31,084 nucleotides of DNA from a virus (taxonomy: Duplodnaviria > Caudoviricetes). Each line of letters begins with the position of its first letter. Position 1 is the first letter of the stretch. The position numbers and the translations under genes were made by a program. Shown one piece after another: positions 15,244 through 24,419 of this stretch. The stretch spans positions 1-31,084 of IMG/VR virus record IMGVR_UViG_3300027656_000032. One strand, given 5' to 3'. The notes under the pieces are model-generated. The model searched no databases, was not told the DNA's origin, and saw only the letters and a program-made list of their open reading frames with translations.

Positions 15244-16868
15244 GCAATATCTCCGACCACATACCAAGTGTCTGTTGCTGTTTTGATGCAAGTTGCCGAA
15301 GCATTTTGCACACGCAATTTAGGTGCAGTTGCAGTTGCTCCTGTTGATGCGATAGTTGTTGTTCCAGGAGTAGTAGCTTGAATTGTCAACTGACCTGCAC
15401 CTGTTTGAATAATTGTGATCTGTGTACCGATAGGGAAAGCAACTGAAGCATTTGTTGGAATGTTAATCGTGCCAGCGGTTGCACCGTTGCTTGCCAATAA
15501 AATGTCACCTTGATCAGTAAGAACAAGAGTGTAAGCATTTGTGGTGAATGTTGGAGTCACTAATGCTTGACGAATAACTGCATCAGATAAAGTTGCTGTG
15601 TTAATCGTTGGCGATGTCAATGTCTTATTGGTCAATGTTTGCGTTCCAGCAAGATTTACCAATGTGTCAGTTCCGGTTGGAATTGTTACCGTTCCTGAAT
15701 TGCTGATGCTTGAAATGACAGGAGTTGTTAGAGTCTTATTTGTAAGAGTGTCAGTTGTTGCACGACCGACGAGAGTGTCGGTGCTTGTTGGCAATGTCAA
15801 TGTTCCTGTGTTGACGATCGAAGAAATGACAGGAGTTGTTAGAGTCTTATTTGTAAGAGTCTGAGTTCCTGTGGTCGTAACAACCGGGACACCACCTGCT
15901 TGAACTGTTCCTGTTCCTTTTGCAACTAAGTTCAAAGAAATGTTGGCATCTGATCCTGATGCCGTAATGCTTGGAGTTCCTGCGGTTATGGCATTGGTGA
16001 CTGTGATTTCATTGACCGCCGATGCAACGGCAGCAGGAAAGACAATCAATTCATTGCCGTTCGCATCGGCAATGTTGGAAGCTGATGTGATGCGAGGCGC
16101 AGTTAAAGTTTTATTTGTGAGAGTGTCTGTTGTTGCACGACCGACTAATGTATCGGTGCTTGTCGGTAGTGTGAGCGTTCCTGTGTTGACGATCGAAGAA
16201 ATGACAGGTGTTGTCAATGTTGGGCTTGTTGCAAGTACCGTTGCGCCGCTTCCTGTGGTTGATGTTGTTCCTGTGAAATCTGCATCCCATGAAGCTGCTG
16301 TCGTTCCTGTTGTCAAGATGCACGTGATCATATAAGTGTTTCCAGCAGGAATTGTCACCACGGTGTTGAGACCTGATGATTGAACTGTCAATGCTCCTGT
16401 GCTGTTGTTATGAATTATGAATGCTTCGCCTAGAGCCAATGTTGAAGTGACAGGCAGCACGATTGTCTGTGTGGTTGTTCCTGTGAAGAACTGAAAATGT
16501 GCGCTTGCTGCTGTCAGCGTTGTTGTTCCTGCTGCTGTTGCTGTTGTCGCATAACCGACTGGTACTGTTGTATCAAGTGTGAGAGTTACGGTTCCACTTG
16601 TGCCGCCACCTGTGAGTCCTGTTCCTGCTGTGACTCCTGTGATGTCACCAGAGCCAAATGAGTTCCAAGTTGTTCCATCATAAATTGTGACGTCATTGGT
16701 GTCTAATAAATAGGCGACCATTCCTTCTGAAACGACTCCGGATAGTGCGGTATTGCGAGCTGTTGCAGATGCAAAGACCATCACGCTCTGTTGCATCAGG
16801 TATGTGTTGACTTGTGCTGCTGTCAGCACATCTCCTGTTGCGAATAACTTGTACCCTGCTCCTGCCAT
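15240..16868 (-). CDS. Tail fibre protein, Thr-rich with internal repeats
   Basis: N-terminal F.TGDVLTAA.VN tail-attachment motif, repeated TLTNKTLT units, C-terminal DTWYVVGDIA. Confidence 0.82.
   Translation of the reverse strand: MAGAGYKLFATGDVLTAAQVNTYLMQQSVMVFASATARNTALSGVVSEGMVAYLLDTNDVTIYDGTTWNSFGSGDITGVTAGTGLTGGGTSGTVTLTLDTTVPVGYATTATAAGTTTLTAASAHFQFFTGTTTQTIVLPVTSTLALGEAFIIHNNSTGALTVQSSGLNTVVTIPAGNTYMITCILTTGTTAASWDADFTGTTSTTGSGATVLATSPTLTTPVISSIVNTGTLTLPTSTDTLVGRATTDTLTNKTLTAPRITSASNIADANGNELIVFPAAVASAVNEITVTNAITAGTPSITASGSDANISLNLVAKGTGTVQAGGVPVVTTTGTQTLTNKTLTTPVISSIVNTGTLTLPTSTDTLVGRATTDTLTNKTLTTPVISSISNSGTVTIPTGTDTLVNLAGTQTLTNKTLTSPTINTATLSDAVIRQALVTPTFTTNAYTLVLTDQGDILLASNGATAGTINIPTNASVAFPIGTQITIIQTGAGQLTIQATTPGTTTIASTGATATAPKLRVQNASATCIKTATDTWYVVGDIA
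15712..16208. repeat. Intragenic direct repeats in the tail fibre gene
   Basis: Exact 38-nt repeat at 15712-15749 and 15823-15860; exact 32-nt repeat at 15802-15833 and 16177-16208. Confidence 0.9.
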
Positions 16869-16880
16869 GATTTCTCCTTG

Positions 16881-18134
16881 TTAGTAACTGAGAACGCCTG
16901 CGACGTCTAGAATTCCTTGCGTTGAACTGTCGAGGATGAACGCTTGGATAATCGGTTCGCTCGTCAGTATCTTAGTGGTGAATGTCGTTTTTGTTATGTC
17001 GTGCTGAAGGCCTTGTACGAACAATTCCCTCGTGATTGATGTTGCTCCCGGCATCGTCTTGGTGATGTTGACGAGGTCGAAGATTTCAAGGTTCAAGCCT
17101 GCGATATTTCGTGCCTGTTGATCTGGGTCAACTAGATTCAGGGTCATGGAATCGATGCGAACCAGGGAGTCTTTTCTGGATTGCAAAATCATACTTGCCT
17201 GATCGAGTGATTCGGCATCTGTCTGAACTAGGATTCCATCTCGTTTGCCTGAGTGGATAAAGTAGTTGTCAATCGATGTCTGATCTGAGACGATTTGGCT
17301 AGTTCCATTGAGTCTAGTGACCGAGACATTGTTCACAATCAAGGTATCGTCAAAAGCTAAATCAATCTGCTGATATTCGATTTGAGTTCCATCATCGCTG
17401 AAATTTGTCGGTGTTGTGTCTGCAAATAGGCTAACTGTGGTTCTTGAGTAAAAGGTTGCATTTCCTTCTGCATCTATAAAGAACCCACCAAATTCGCTGT
17501 TTTCTACAGTTTGAATTGCATCAAGCAGGTTTCTGGATGTTCCTGGGTCTGCTTGAAGGGTGCTATCTCCTGCATTGATGTCTCGTTGAGATGCTGGCCA
17601 ATCCACAAGATCAAGCAAGTTTTCTATGCGTGCGCCACTAAGTTGACCTGCACTTGTTCCTGGCACGCTAGTAATTGAAATGTTATTGAGAAGTCGGAAG
17701 CCATCAACGCAATTGAGAATGACTCGTGATGCTTCATTTATGCCGAGAGCAAATGTCGTGTCATAACTGGTGATAAATCCTGAATAGAGATAGTAACGCA
17801 CGCCCTCATAGTCGGCAAAAATTCGGATTTTTCGAAGTGGAATCAGCTTTCCGTAATAAGGCCCCGATGTGTTGGCTGGGTTGAAGTCGCCTGTTTCATC
17901 AAGCAATTCAACGGTGGCTGTTCCTGCTTCAAATTTGCTCAGAATTCGATTTCGTCCTCTACGAATTGAGGCTCGTAATACAATTGATGAAACATCAATA
18001 GAATCCTCGGCATCTGCGAGTTGCCCTGTTCCTAGTACGCCTTTGGTCAAGTCGTCTAAAGTGAAGGCTGTTGAAATAAATGCTGGCCCATTTGTGAAGT
18101 CAATTGTGACTCCGAGCTGTGGAATTCCTGCCAT
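16881..18134 (-). CDS. Minor tail (tail tip/hub) protein
   Basis: Directly follows the tape measure; I.RGR..FEAGTA..G.FNP.N motif typical of actinophage minor tail proteins. Confidence 0.8.
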   Translation of the reverse strand: MAGIPQLGVTIDFTNGPAFISTAFTLDDLTKGVLGTGQLADAEDSIDVSSIVLRASIRRGRNRILSKFEAGTATVELLDETGDFNPANTSGPYYGKLIPLRKIRIFADYEGVRYYLYSGFITSYDTTFALGINEASRVILNCVDGFRLLNNISITSVPGTSAGQLSGARIENLLDLVDWPASQRDINAGDSTLQADPGTSRNLLDAIQTVENSEFGGFFIDAEGNATFYSRTTVSLFADTTPTNFSDDGTQIEYQQIDLAFDDTLIVNNVSVTRLNGTSQIVSDQTSIDNYFIHSGKRDGILVQTDAESLDQASMILQSRKDSLVRIDSMTLNLVDPDQQARNIAGLNLEIFDLVNITKTMPGATSITRELFVQGLQHDITKTTFTTKILTSEPIIQAFILDSSTQGILDVAGVLSY

Positions 18135-20533
18135 CAGAGTGTCGTCGCATCTTTGAAGATTGTCTGACCACTATTTTGCCCCTGAAGTAACCCATTGCGA
18201 ACAGTTGTGATCAAGTCTTGTTCAGTTGTCACGCTTCCCTGAACTGTTAAATTCACAACAATATCTTTATCGCGTGATCCTATAGAACTCGATGAGAATA
18301 AAGTTCCACCTTCTGCCATTCTGAACGAACCTGCATTGAATGGTTGGGTTGTAATTCCTTGAGAAATAAACGCATTTCTTGCAACGCTATCTTCTAAGGT
18401 TTGAAATACAGGCGCAGCATTGTCAACAAGTTTGATAAACTCTTTACCATTTTCGCCAATGACAGAAATGACTCCGCCTAAATCTTCGACAGCTTTGTTG
18501 ATTGAATCAGTTATTGGTGAAATTATACTTCCACCTGCACCTGGGGCAGTTGGTGCTGTTGGTGCCGTTGGTGCCGTTGGCGCAAGTTTTACTCCAACAG
18601 CTTCAATATAGGCATTGAGGGCTGCAAGAGCATCTTTCCAAGACTTTTCTGCCTGATTGCCAGGTGTCGGCCACAAATCAGATGGAGTTACACCTTCAGA
18701 AATCTTCTTAGCATAATCTGAAACTTCTTTGCTAGTCAGTTTCCACTTGTCCATCAAAGCATTAACTTCGGTTTGATCTAGTTTGCCATCGTTAATCGCC
18801 TTGAAGAAATCAAGATACATCTCTGCTTGTTGCTTAGTAACTCCCCATTGTTTTGCAAGCAGTTCAATTTCTTGTGTTGAAAGTTTTGCATCATTGACTG
18901 CAAAAATGGCGGTTGTGTAAGCAACAACTGCTTCTTGGCTGATTCCCCATTTAAGGGATAGAAGGACAACTTCTTGATCTGAAATTTTTTGATCTGCAAC
19001 AACTCCAAGCAAATCAACATATCGCTGAACTGCTTCATTTGCCCTCATTTGAGCATTCATGTTTTCAATGATTGCTGCAAGTCGGCGTTGCTCTTCAAGA
19101 TTGCCTTGCTTAATAAGGTTCAATCGTGCTGCTTCAAGTTGAATTGGGTCTGTTTCTGAAACATTTTTGATGCCAAAAACGTCAAGACCTGCTTTTTTAA
19201 TTGCAGCACGCGCCTCTGCCAATTTCTTTTCTTGAGCGGTAAGTTTTGTTACCGAACCAGTATTGTTGTCTATAACAATTTTGTTGGTTTTTAGAACTTT
19301 GGTTAAACCTGAAGTTGTAGCCCCAAGTTTGGAAGATATATCTTGAACACCTTTGTAAGATTTTGTTGCTTTGTCTGCATTTTTAGCAGAGGCGGCTAAA
19401 GAAACACCAATGGCACCAGCGGTAACTGCAAATGCTCCAAGAGCTGCAGCAGCAGCGCCTGCTGAAAATCCACCAGTTAATAGTGCAGTAGCAATACCTG
19501 CTGAACCTGCTGCTGCGGTAAATGCAGTAAGCGTTGGAATCAATAAAGCAATGGCAGTTGCAAAGGCATAAACCTTTGAAGCAACAAAAATACCAGCAAT
19601 CAGTGTTGCAAAGATTTTTATGGTTGTCAGATTTTGTGAAATGAAATTTACAAAACCAAAAACTGCCTTGCCTAAAGCAATTGCATTTTCTGCAGCAGTT
19701 TTTAATGCACTTGCTAATTTATCTTTGTTTAAGTCAACCCAAGATTGAACCACTGGCAAAACAGTTGTTGCCACATAATCTGCAAATTCTTCAATAACTG
19801 GTAGCAATGCCATACCCAAAGTTGCCAAAATGTTTTCATAAGAGGCATTAACGCGCTGCAATTGCGCTGCCAGTGTGTTGTATTCGCGGCGTGACTGACC
19901 CTGAGCAGCATTTGTTTTCGTAATAATTAACTCAAAAGCTGCTTGTGCCTCTGCAGATTTAAGCAATTCGCCTTCTAATTTACCCAAACCCTTTGCCGCA
20001 ACGCGAGCAGTAATGTCAGACTTTCTAATGGCAACACCGTAACGCTCAATTGGGTTATATTCACCCTTAAATGTTGAACTGAGCGCTGCGACCGCATCAG
20101 CAGTCGTTCCACCGTATGTTGCTGCTAAATCTGCAGCCAAAATTTGAAGTTGCTTTGTGCGTTCAATCGCATCTTGTTCCTCAAGACCTAATCCCTTAAG
20201 TTGAGTTCCAAGCAATGCTGCATAACGAGCAGCCTCTGCAGTTGATAGTCCATAATCAACCATTGACTTTGAAAAATCTTTTAATTGATCTGAGTTTTTA
20301 CTAAAAACTGCATCCAAAGCGCCAAATTGTTGAGAAACATCAGATGCAGCCATTACTGCATCCTTGCCAATCTTTGCTACAAAAACAGCAGAGGCAGCAG
20401 CGGCAACACCAAAGGCTGTGCTGATCTTCTTTCCTGCATTAACAAAATTTTTCTCAAGTTTCTTGAGGTCTTTGACCGCTTGTTTTGAACCTTTGTCATT
20501 ATAGACGGTGATTATGCGCTCAATGATTGACAC
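18134..20533 (-). CDS. Tape measure protein
   Basis: 799 aa, Ala-rich helical, AADLAA..GG..AL..GEYNPIERYGV motif, hydrophobic central segments. Confidence 0.9.
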   Translation of the reverse strand: MSIIERIITVYNDKGSKQAVKDLKKLEKNFVNAGKKISTAFGVAAAASAVFVAKIGKDAVMAASDVSQQFGALDAVFSKNSDQLKDFSKSMVDYGLSTAEAARYAALLGTQLKGLGLEEQDAIERTKQLQILAADLAATYGGTTADAVAALSSTFKGEYNPIERYGVAIRKSDITARVAAKGLGKLEGELLKSAEAQAAFELIITKTNAAQGQSRREYNTLAAQLQRVNASYENILATLGMALLPVIEEFADYVATTVLPVVQSWVDLNKDKLASALKTAAENAIALGKAVFGFVNFISQNLTTIKIFATLIAGIFVASKVYAFATAIALLIPTLTAFTAAAGSAGIATALLTGGFSAGAAAAALGAFAVTAGAIGVSLAASAKNADKATKSYKGVQDISSKLGATTSGLTKVLKTNKIVIDNNTGSVTKLTAQEKKLAEARAAIKKAGLDVFGIKNVSETDPIQLEAARLNLIKQGNLEEQRRLAAIIENMNAQMRANEAVQRYVDLLGVVADQKISDQEVVLLSLKWGISQEAVVAYTTAIFAVNDAKLSTQEIELLAKQWGVTKQQAEMYLDFFKAINDGKLDQTEVNALMDKWKLTSKEVSDYAKKISEGVTPSDLWPTPGNQAEKSWKDALAALNAYIEAVGVKLAPTAPTAPTAPTAPGAGGSIISPITDSINKAVEDLGGVISVIGENGKEFIKLVDNAAPVFQTLEDSVARNAFISQGITTQPFNAGSFRMAEGGTLFSSSSIGSRDKDIVVNLTVQGSVTTEQDLITTVRNGLLQGQNSGQTIFKDATTL

Positions 20534-20536
20534 GAT

Positions 20537-21190
20537 TTACACCTCTCTTTGACTGACTACGGCATCAACGCGCTTCTGTGCTTTTTCAGAGGCTTTGTCA
20601 ACTGCTTCTCGGATTGAGTTCAATGCTTTATATCTGTTGTTATCAACTGCACGAATAAGTGCGCGACCTTTATCTTTACCATCATGACGAGCAGTTGGCA
20701 AAGCACCATGTTCTCTTTGAATCACACCAATAAATTGTTGGGAAGCACGTGGGTTGCGTGAACGGCTTGTCTTGCTTCGTGAGCGTGATGCCGCACTTCC
20801 TCGACCTGCCGTTTCAAAGATTGCACCACCTGGGTCACGCTGAATGACTCCATAAGTATTGCGAAACCCTGTGCCATTCTTTTTAGAAGTGGCGGCGGTT
20901 TGTTTGATTCCTGCCTTAGCTCGTTCGGCATCATAGGCAATGAATCCACGAGTTTGATCTTGTGCTAATGGGCCGATTTCATTAAATCTTTTGAATCCGC
21001 CTTTTTGCCACCCTGAAGGATGGATTTGATTATTGCTTGGAAGATAGCCTTTTGCCTCAAGAACAATCGGTGCAAGAATGCCACGAATTTCTTTGTTCAA
21101 TTCTCTTTTGAGGTCAGGCGCGAAGCGTTCAAGAGCGATGATGTTTTCGGTTAAACCTTGCATCACAATTTTGTAATTGATTTCCGCCAT
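20537..21190 (-). CDS. Putative neck/tail-completion protein (HK97 gp10-like)
   Basis: Basic protein with GL..L..F.PDL..EL N-terminus and GAIFE.AG motif; family call tentative. Confidence 0.6.
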   Translation of the reverse strand: MAEINYKIVMQGLTENIIALERFAPDLKRELNKEIRGILAPIVLEAKGYLPSNNQIHPSGWQKGGFKRFNEIGPLAQDQTRGFIAYDAERAKAGIKQTAATSKKNGTGFRNTYGVIQRDPGGAIFETAGRGSAASRSRSKTSRSRNPRASQQFIGVIQREHGALPTARHDGKDKGRALIRAVDNNRYKALNSIREAVDKASEKAQKRVDAVVSQREV

Positions 21191-21348
21191 TACTTGCTTC
21201 GCGCCTTTGCTCGTTCTTTCATGTATATGACTATTGCTTCAAGTATGCCATCAGGAGCATCAAGCAAATCAATTGGAGATATGCCTGTCTCCACAGAAAC
21301 TGCTGCTAAGGAATAAGTCAGACTGTCTCTGTGGATTCGAAATTTGGG
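21190..21348 (-). CDS. -1 frameshift extension of the tail assembly chaperone (gpGT-like)
   Basis: Slippery CCCAAATTTC at 21348-21339. The -1 frame is open to TAA 21190 (..RDSLTYSLAAVSVETGISPIDLL..KERAKARSK), which overlaps the next ATG. Confidence 0.78.
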   Translation of the reverse strand, partial: PKFRIHRDSLTYSLAAVSVETGISPIDLLDAPDGILEAIVIYMKERAKARSK

Positions 21349-21596
21349 TTTGAGTCCAAAGATACCGATTCAAGTGTATCCAAGAATTCAGGTCCAAATG
21401 GTTTTACAATGTGTCCGTTTGATTTAAGTGCAAGCCAACCCAGGTAATAGATATGTTCTAGTTTCTGTTCTTCACCGATGAGTTTTGCTAGACCTTTTCC
21501 ATATTTCTGTTCAAAATCAACGATGATGCGTGGGCGTAATGAGAACGTTTTATCCACGCCATCAATCGTCTTAACTTTGATACTGAGTCCATCCAT
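21318..21596 (-). CDS. Tail assembly chaperone (gpG-like)
   Basis: Follows the tail tube genes and ends with a slippery site; GGGGGAA RBS. Confidence 0.8.
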   Translation of the reverse strand: MDGLSIKVKTIDGVDKTFSLRPRIIVDFEQKYGKGLAKLIGEEQKLEHIYYLGWLALKSNGHIVKPFGPEFLDTLESVSLDSNPNFESTETV

Positions 21597-21617
21597 CTTT
21601 GTTTCCCCCTGTTTTCT

Positions 21618-22025
21618 TTAGGATGTTGCTTTGGTAATTGCGCCGGAGATCGGCCAAGTCACACTTGCAGTTGCTAATTCGCCAACGGAGCCATTAAGAG
21701 GTGTCCATTCTGAAATTAGAGCTGAGAATGTGTATTGCGGATTGATTGTTGTTGTTGTTCCTGCAACTGGTTTTGCAACGACTGTCGCTGCTGTTCCAAG
21801 TAACGGATAGATTGTCTGCTCTAGTGCAGATGTTGCATAATCCTGATTGAATTCAAATGTCACAGAATTATCTGCTAATCCAGCAATGCGTGTCTTTGCT
21901 GTGTTTCCGAATGCAGTTGTCTCAACGATGTCATATGTTGTATTGAGACTGATGCTAGTGATGTATTGAGATAAATCTGTGCTTGCAACAACAACAGATG
22001 CGTTTGTGAGTACGAGTCTTGGCAT
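21618..22025 (-). CDS. Major tail (tube) protein, copy B
   Basis: DLS..TS..VETT.F..KTRI.GL.D...QDY..NP.YT..G.VGELAT.SVTWP motifs; position before the chaperone. Confidence 0.82.
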   Translation of the reverse strand: MPRLVLTNASVVVASTDLSQYITSISLNTTYDIVETTAFGNTAKTRIAGLADNSVTFEFNQDYATSALEQTIYPLLGTAATVVAKPVAGTTTTINPQYTFSALISEWTPLNGSVGELATASVTWPISGAITKATS

Positions 22026-22435
22026 TATACGACCGCCTTAGTGATTGCTCCGCTGATTGGCCAAGTAACAGATGCAGTTGCCAATTCACCAACAGCTCCA
22101 TTGATTGGAGTCCATTCTGAAATGATAGCAGAACAAGTGTAACTTGGATTGAATGCACCTGTAGTTGAGCCATTTGGCTTGACGATTACTGCTGATGCTT
22201 GTCCAAGAAGTGGATAGATTGTTTGTTCAACTTGAGATGTTGCGTAATCCTGTGCGAATTCTAGTGTGATTGAATTATCTACAAGACCAGAAATACGTGT
22301 CTTTACGGGTGATGATGAGAATCCTGTTGTTTCAACTACGTCGTATGTTGAATTGAGTGTTACGGATGTGACCATACTGCTCAGATCAACTCCACCGACG
22401 GAGACGAATGCGTTGGTAAGAACTATGCGCGGCAT
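22025..22435 (-). CDS. Major tail (tube) protein, copy A
   Basis: About 92/136 residues identical to copy B by manual alignment. Confidence 0.82.
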   Translation of the reverse strand: MPRIVLTNAFVSVGGVDLSSMVTSVTLNSTYDVVETTGFSSSPVKTRISGLVDNSITLEFAQDYATSQVEQTIYPLLGQASAVIVKPNGSTTGAFNPSYTCSAIISEWTPINGAVGELATASVTWPISGAITKAVV

Positions 22436-22626
22436 TAGTTAGTCGCTCCTTCTTTTATTTCGGTTTTGATGGATGGGGTTTCTTGTGTTGTGTTGCTTGC
22501 TTTAATGTGGTTTCCAGCAATCAGATTTTCTGCGCTGACTCCTGCATCTTGCAATTCTTTTACTGTAAGTATATCGCCTGCGGTCTTTCCGCAGACTTCT
22601 CGATCTGAAGTGACGATGTATGCCAT
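22435..22626 (-). CDS. Small hypothetical protein
   Basis: 63 aa, AAGGAG RBS, TAATG coupling. Confidence 0.7.
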   Translation of the reverse strand: MAYIVTSDREVCGKTAGDILTVKELQDAGVSAENLIAGNHIKASNTTQETPSIKTEIKEGATN

Positions 22627-22635
22627 TGATTCTCC

Positions 22636-23034
22636 TTATCCCCACATCGTAATTCTGTAACGATAGGAAAGAAATGTGACTCCTTGTGAATCATAAGTAC
22701 CTGCTTCTGCACCTGTAACTCGCAAAGTGTTGACTGTTCCCCCAAGAGTGCGATCACCTTCAATTGCTGCTTTTATGGAAGTTGATCCTGAACCTGCAAG
22801 GTATGAATCAAGTTTGTCCTGTCCAGCACGCTCTGAAAAGCGTTGCACAATCACAAGGACATCAACCTGCGCTTGGTCAAGACCGCGAGCATTGTTGATG
22901 TCAAATGTGAAATCTAATTGTCCTACTACCGCACAAGGCGGAACTACTGTGTCAGGAATCAAATCATAGGCTCGTAAGCCTGTAATTGTTTGTAGTCGTG
23001 TTTTGAGACCATCTCGAACTTGACTTGGGTTCAT
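22636..23034 (-). CDS. Tail terminator/completion protein
   Basis: R.GL..RL.TI.GL..PP.A..AIE.DRTLGG pattern; position between connector and tail tube. Confidence 0.75.
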   Translation of the reverse strand: MNPSQVRDGLKTRLQTITGLRAYDLIPDTVVPPCAVVGQLDFTFDINNARGLDQAQVDVLVIVQRFSERAGQDKLDSYLAGSGSTSIKAAIEGDRTLGGTVNTLRVTGAEAGTYDSQGVTFLSYRYRITMWG

Positions 23035-23642
23035 TATTTAGCCAACCCATTGTTCTTGCGGAAAGGTCGAAGCAACGCTTCAACATCAGGATCAAGGCGT
23101 GAAGTAAGTCTGACAGTTCCAAGTTCAGGGGTTCCTGCGATTCCAAATGGTGATTGTCTGCGAACAAAGATTCTTGAAGATTGAATCAAGCAAGCTGATT
23201 GCACCTCGTAAGGCACCGCGCTCCAACCCCAAATGCCTGTGATTTTGCAAGCCTGTGGCAAGTAGTAAGGCCATACATAACGACCAATTGCAAGAATTCG
23301 TGTGAATGGCCATCCTCGGCGTGGGTTGTTGATCGGTTCAACCATGTAATCACTTGTTGACCACACAGTATCCCAAGTCTGATTGAAGTTGTCATCAGTT
23401 GCAATCTGTGTGATTGTGGTGATGTCATCAACATTCATTGTCCACGGATCAAGGGCGGTAAAGTAACGAGCAACAGGTGCCTGTTGTGTTCCGTCTTGAT
23501 AAAAAAATCGCCCTGTGTAGTCATCAATCATTCGACTTGTTGCATTGATGGCTGCTTCAAGAGCTGCATCATCTGTTGCATCGCTGATTGTCAATGCTGC
23601 CTTCAACTCGGCAAGTGTGGAATACCCGTTATAGATTGCCAC
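23034..23642 (-). CDS. Head-tail connector/adaptor (HK97 gp6/SPP1 gp15-like)
   Basis: YSTLAELKAAL.I.D..DD..L..A.R.ID.YTGR.F...WGW.AVP..V..A...DPDV..LL.P motifs. Confidence 0.85.
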   Translation of the reverse strand: MAIYNGYSTLAELKAALTISDATDDAALEAAINATSRMIDDYTGRFFYQDGTQQAPVARYFTALDPWTMNVDDITTITQIATDDNFNQTWDTVWSTSDYMVEPINNPRRGWPFTRILAIGRYVWPYYLPQACKITGIWGWSAVPYEVQSACLIQSSRIFVRRQSPFGIAGTPELGTVRLTSRLDPDVEALLRPFRKNNGLAK

Positions 23643-23748
23643 GCTTTATCCTCTTTTCTGCTTTAGGCAGGATCGCTCGTTCTAATTGTGGCTCCGCAGT
23701 TGCCGTTTCTTTCGGCTTTCTGCGAAGAAGTTTCTTTAATCTTTCCAT
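23629..23748 (-). CDS. Small basic protein (39 aa, not in ORF track)
   Basis: MERLKKLLRRKPKETATAEPQLERAILPKAEKRIKRGNL fills the gap between the GT and connector genes, overlapping both. Confidence 0.55.
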   Translation of the reverse strand: MERLKKLLRRKPKETATAEPQLERAILPKAEKRIKRGNL

Positions 23749-24419
23749 GCTTCGTGATGACTTTCATCTAACCAAAATGACTTTTGGTGCGGAAGTATTA
23801 CTGAAGTGTTCACATGGATTGGATAGCCAAGTGATTTGATTCTTCGTGAGAAAAGTAAATCCTCACCAATCCATTCTCCGTTGACAGGCCCATCCCAAAA
23901 CCAACACCAATCTGTGCCTTGATTTGGGTCTGCAACCTCGCGCATCTTTTCCAACACGCTTCTGTGAATCATTAAGCAGCCTGTACCTGCTGCATCTATT
24001 TCAAAAATTGAGTTCTTGTCATATTTATACAAGGGCAAGAATCCTTGTGGTGAATCCTGAAAAATTGCAGGAACAGGTTTTGGATAAGTTTTGCCAGGAA
24101 CACCGAAACCTGCAAAGACTAATCCTGCAACAACAGGGCGTTCTTTGTCATGCGCTGTATTGCATAAAGCATCAAATGCCTCAACTGAAAGTTGCTCATC
24201 GCTGTCCAACATCAACAACCAATCTGAATCTGTCATTTCTAAAAATTGTTTGACAAGACGATTGCGTTGCTTAGATAAAAGACCTGAACCCTTGATTCTT
24301 ATGAATGGGCCGAGTTTTGAATTTCTAGCTCCTGCAAGTTGAATCAGTCTGTACGCAAAAGCGCCGTTGACCATTCCTGGGTCGCAAGACCCGATTGCAA
24401 CTGTGTGACCTGTTTTCAT
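23736..24419 (-). CDS. Glycosyltransferase (GT-A fold) inside the head module
   Basis: RN.LV..FL..DWLLMLDSD (DxD)..AGTGCLMIHRSV..GEDLLF..G.PI.V...H.K. Confidence 0.85.
   Translation of the reverse strand: MKTGHTVAIGSCDPGMVNGAFAYRLIQLAGARNSKLGPFIRIKGSGLLSKQRNRLVKQFLEMTDSDWLLMLDSDEQLSVEAFDALCNTAHDKERPVVAGLVFAGFGVPGKTYPKPVPAIFQDSPQGFLPLYKYDKNSIFEIDAAGTGCLMIHRSVLEKMREVADPNQGTDWCWFWDGPVNGEWIGEDLLFSRRIKSLGYPIHVNTSVILPHQKSFWLDESHHEAWKD

Noticed and set aside
15712-16208. Diversity-generating retroelement TR/VR pair
   Set aside because: No reverse transcriptase; the repeats are in-frame protein repeats with synonymous differences, not adenine-specific ones.
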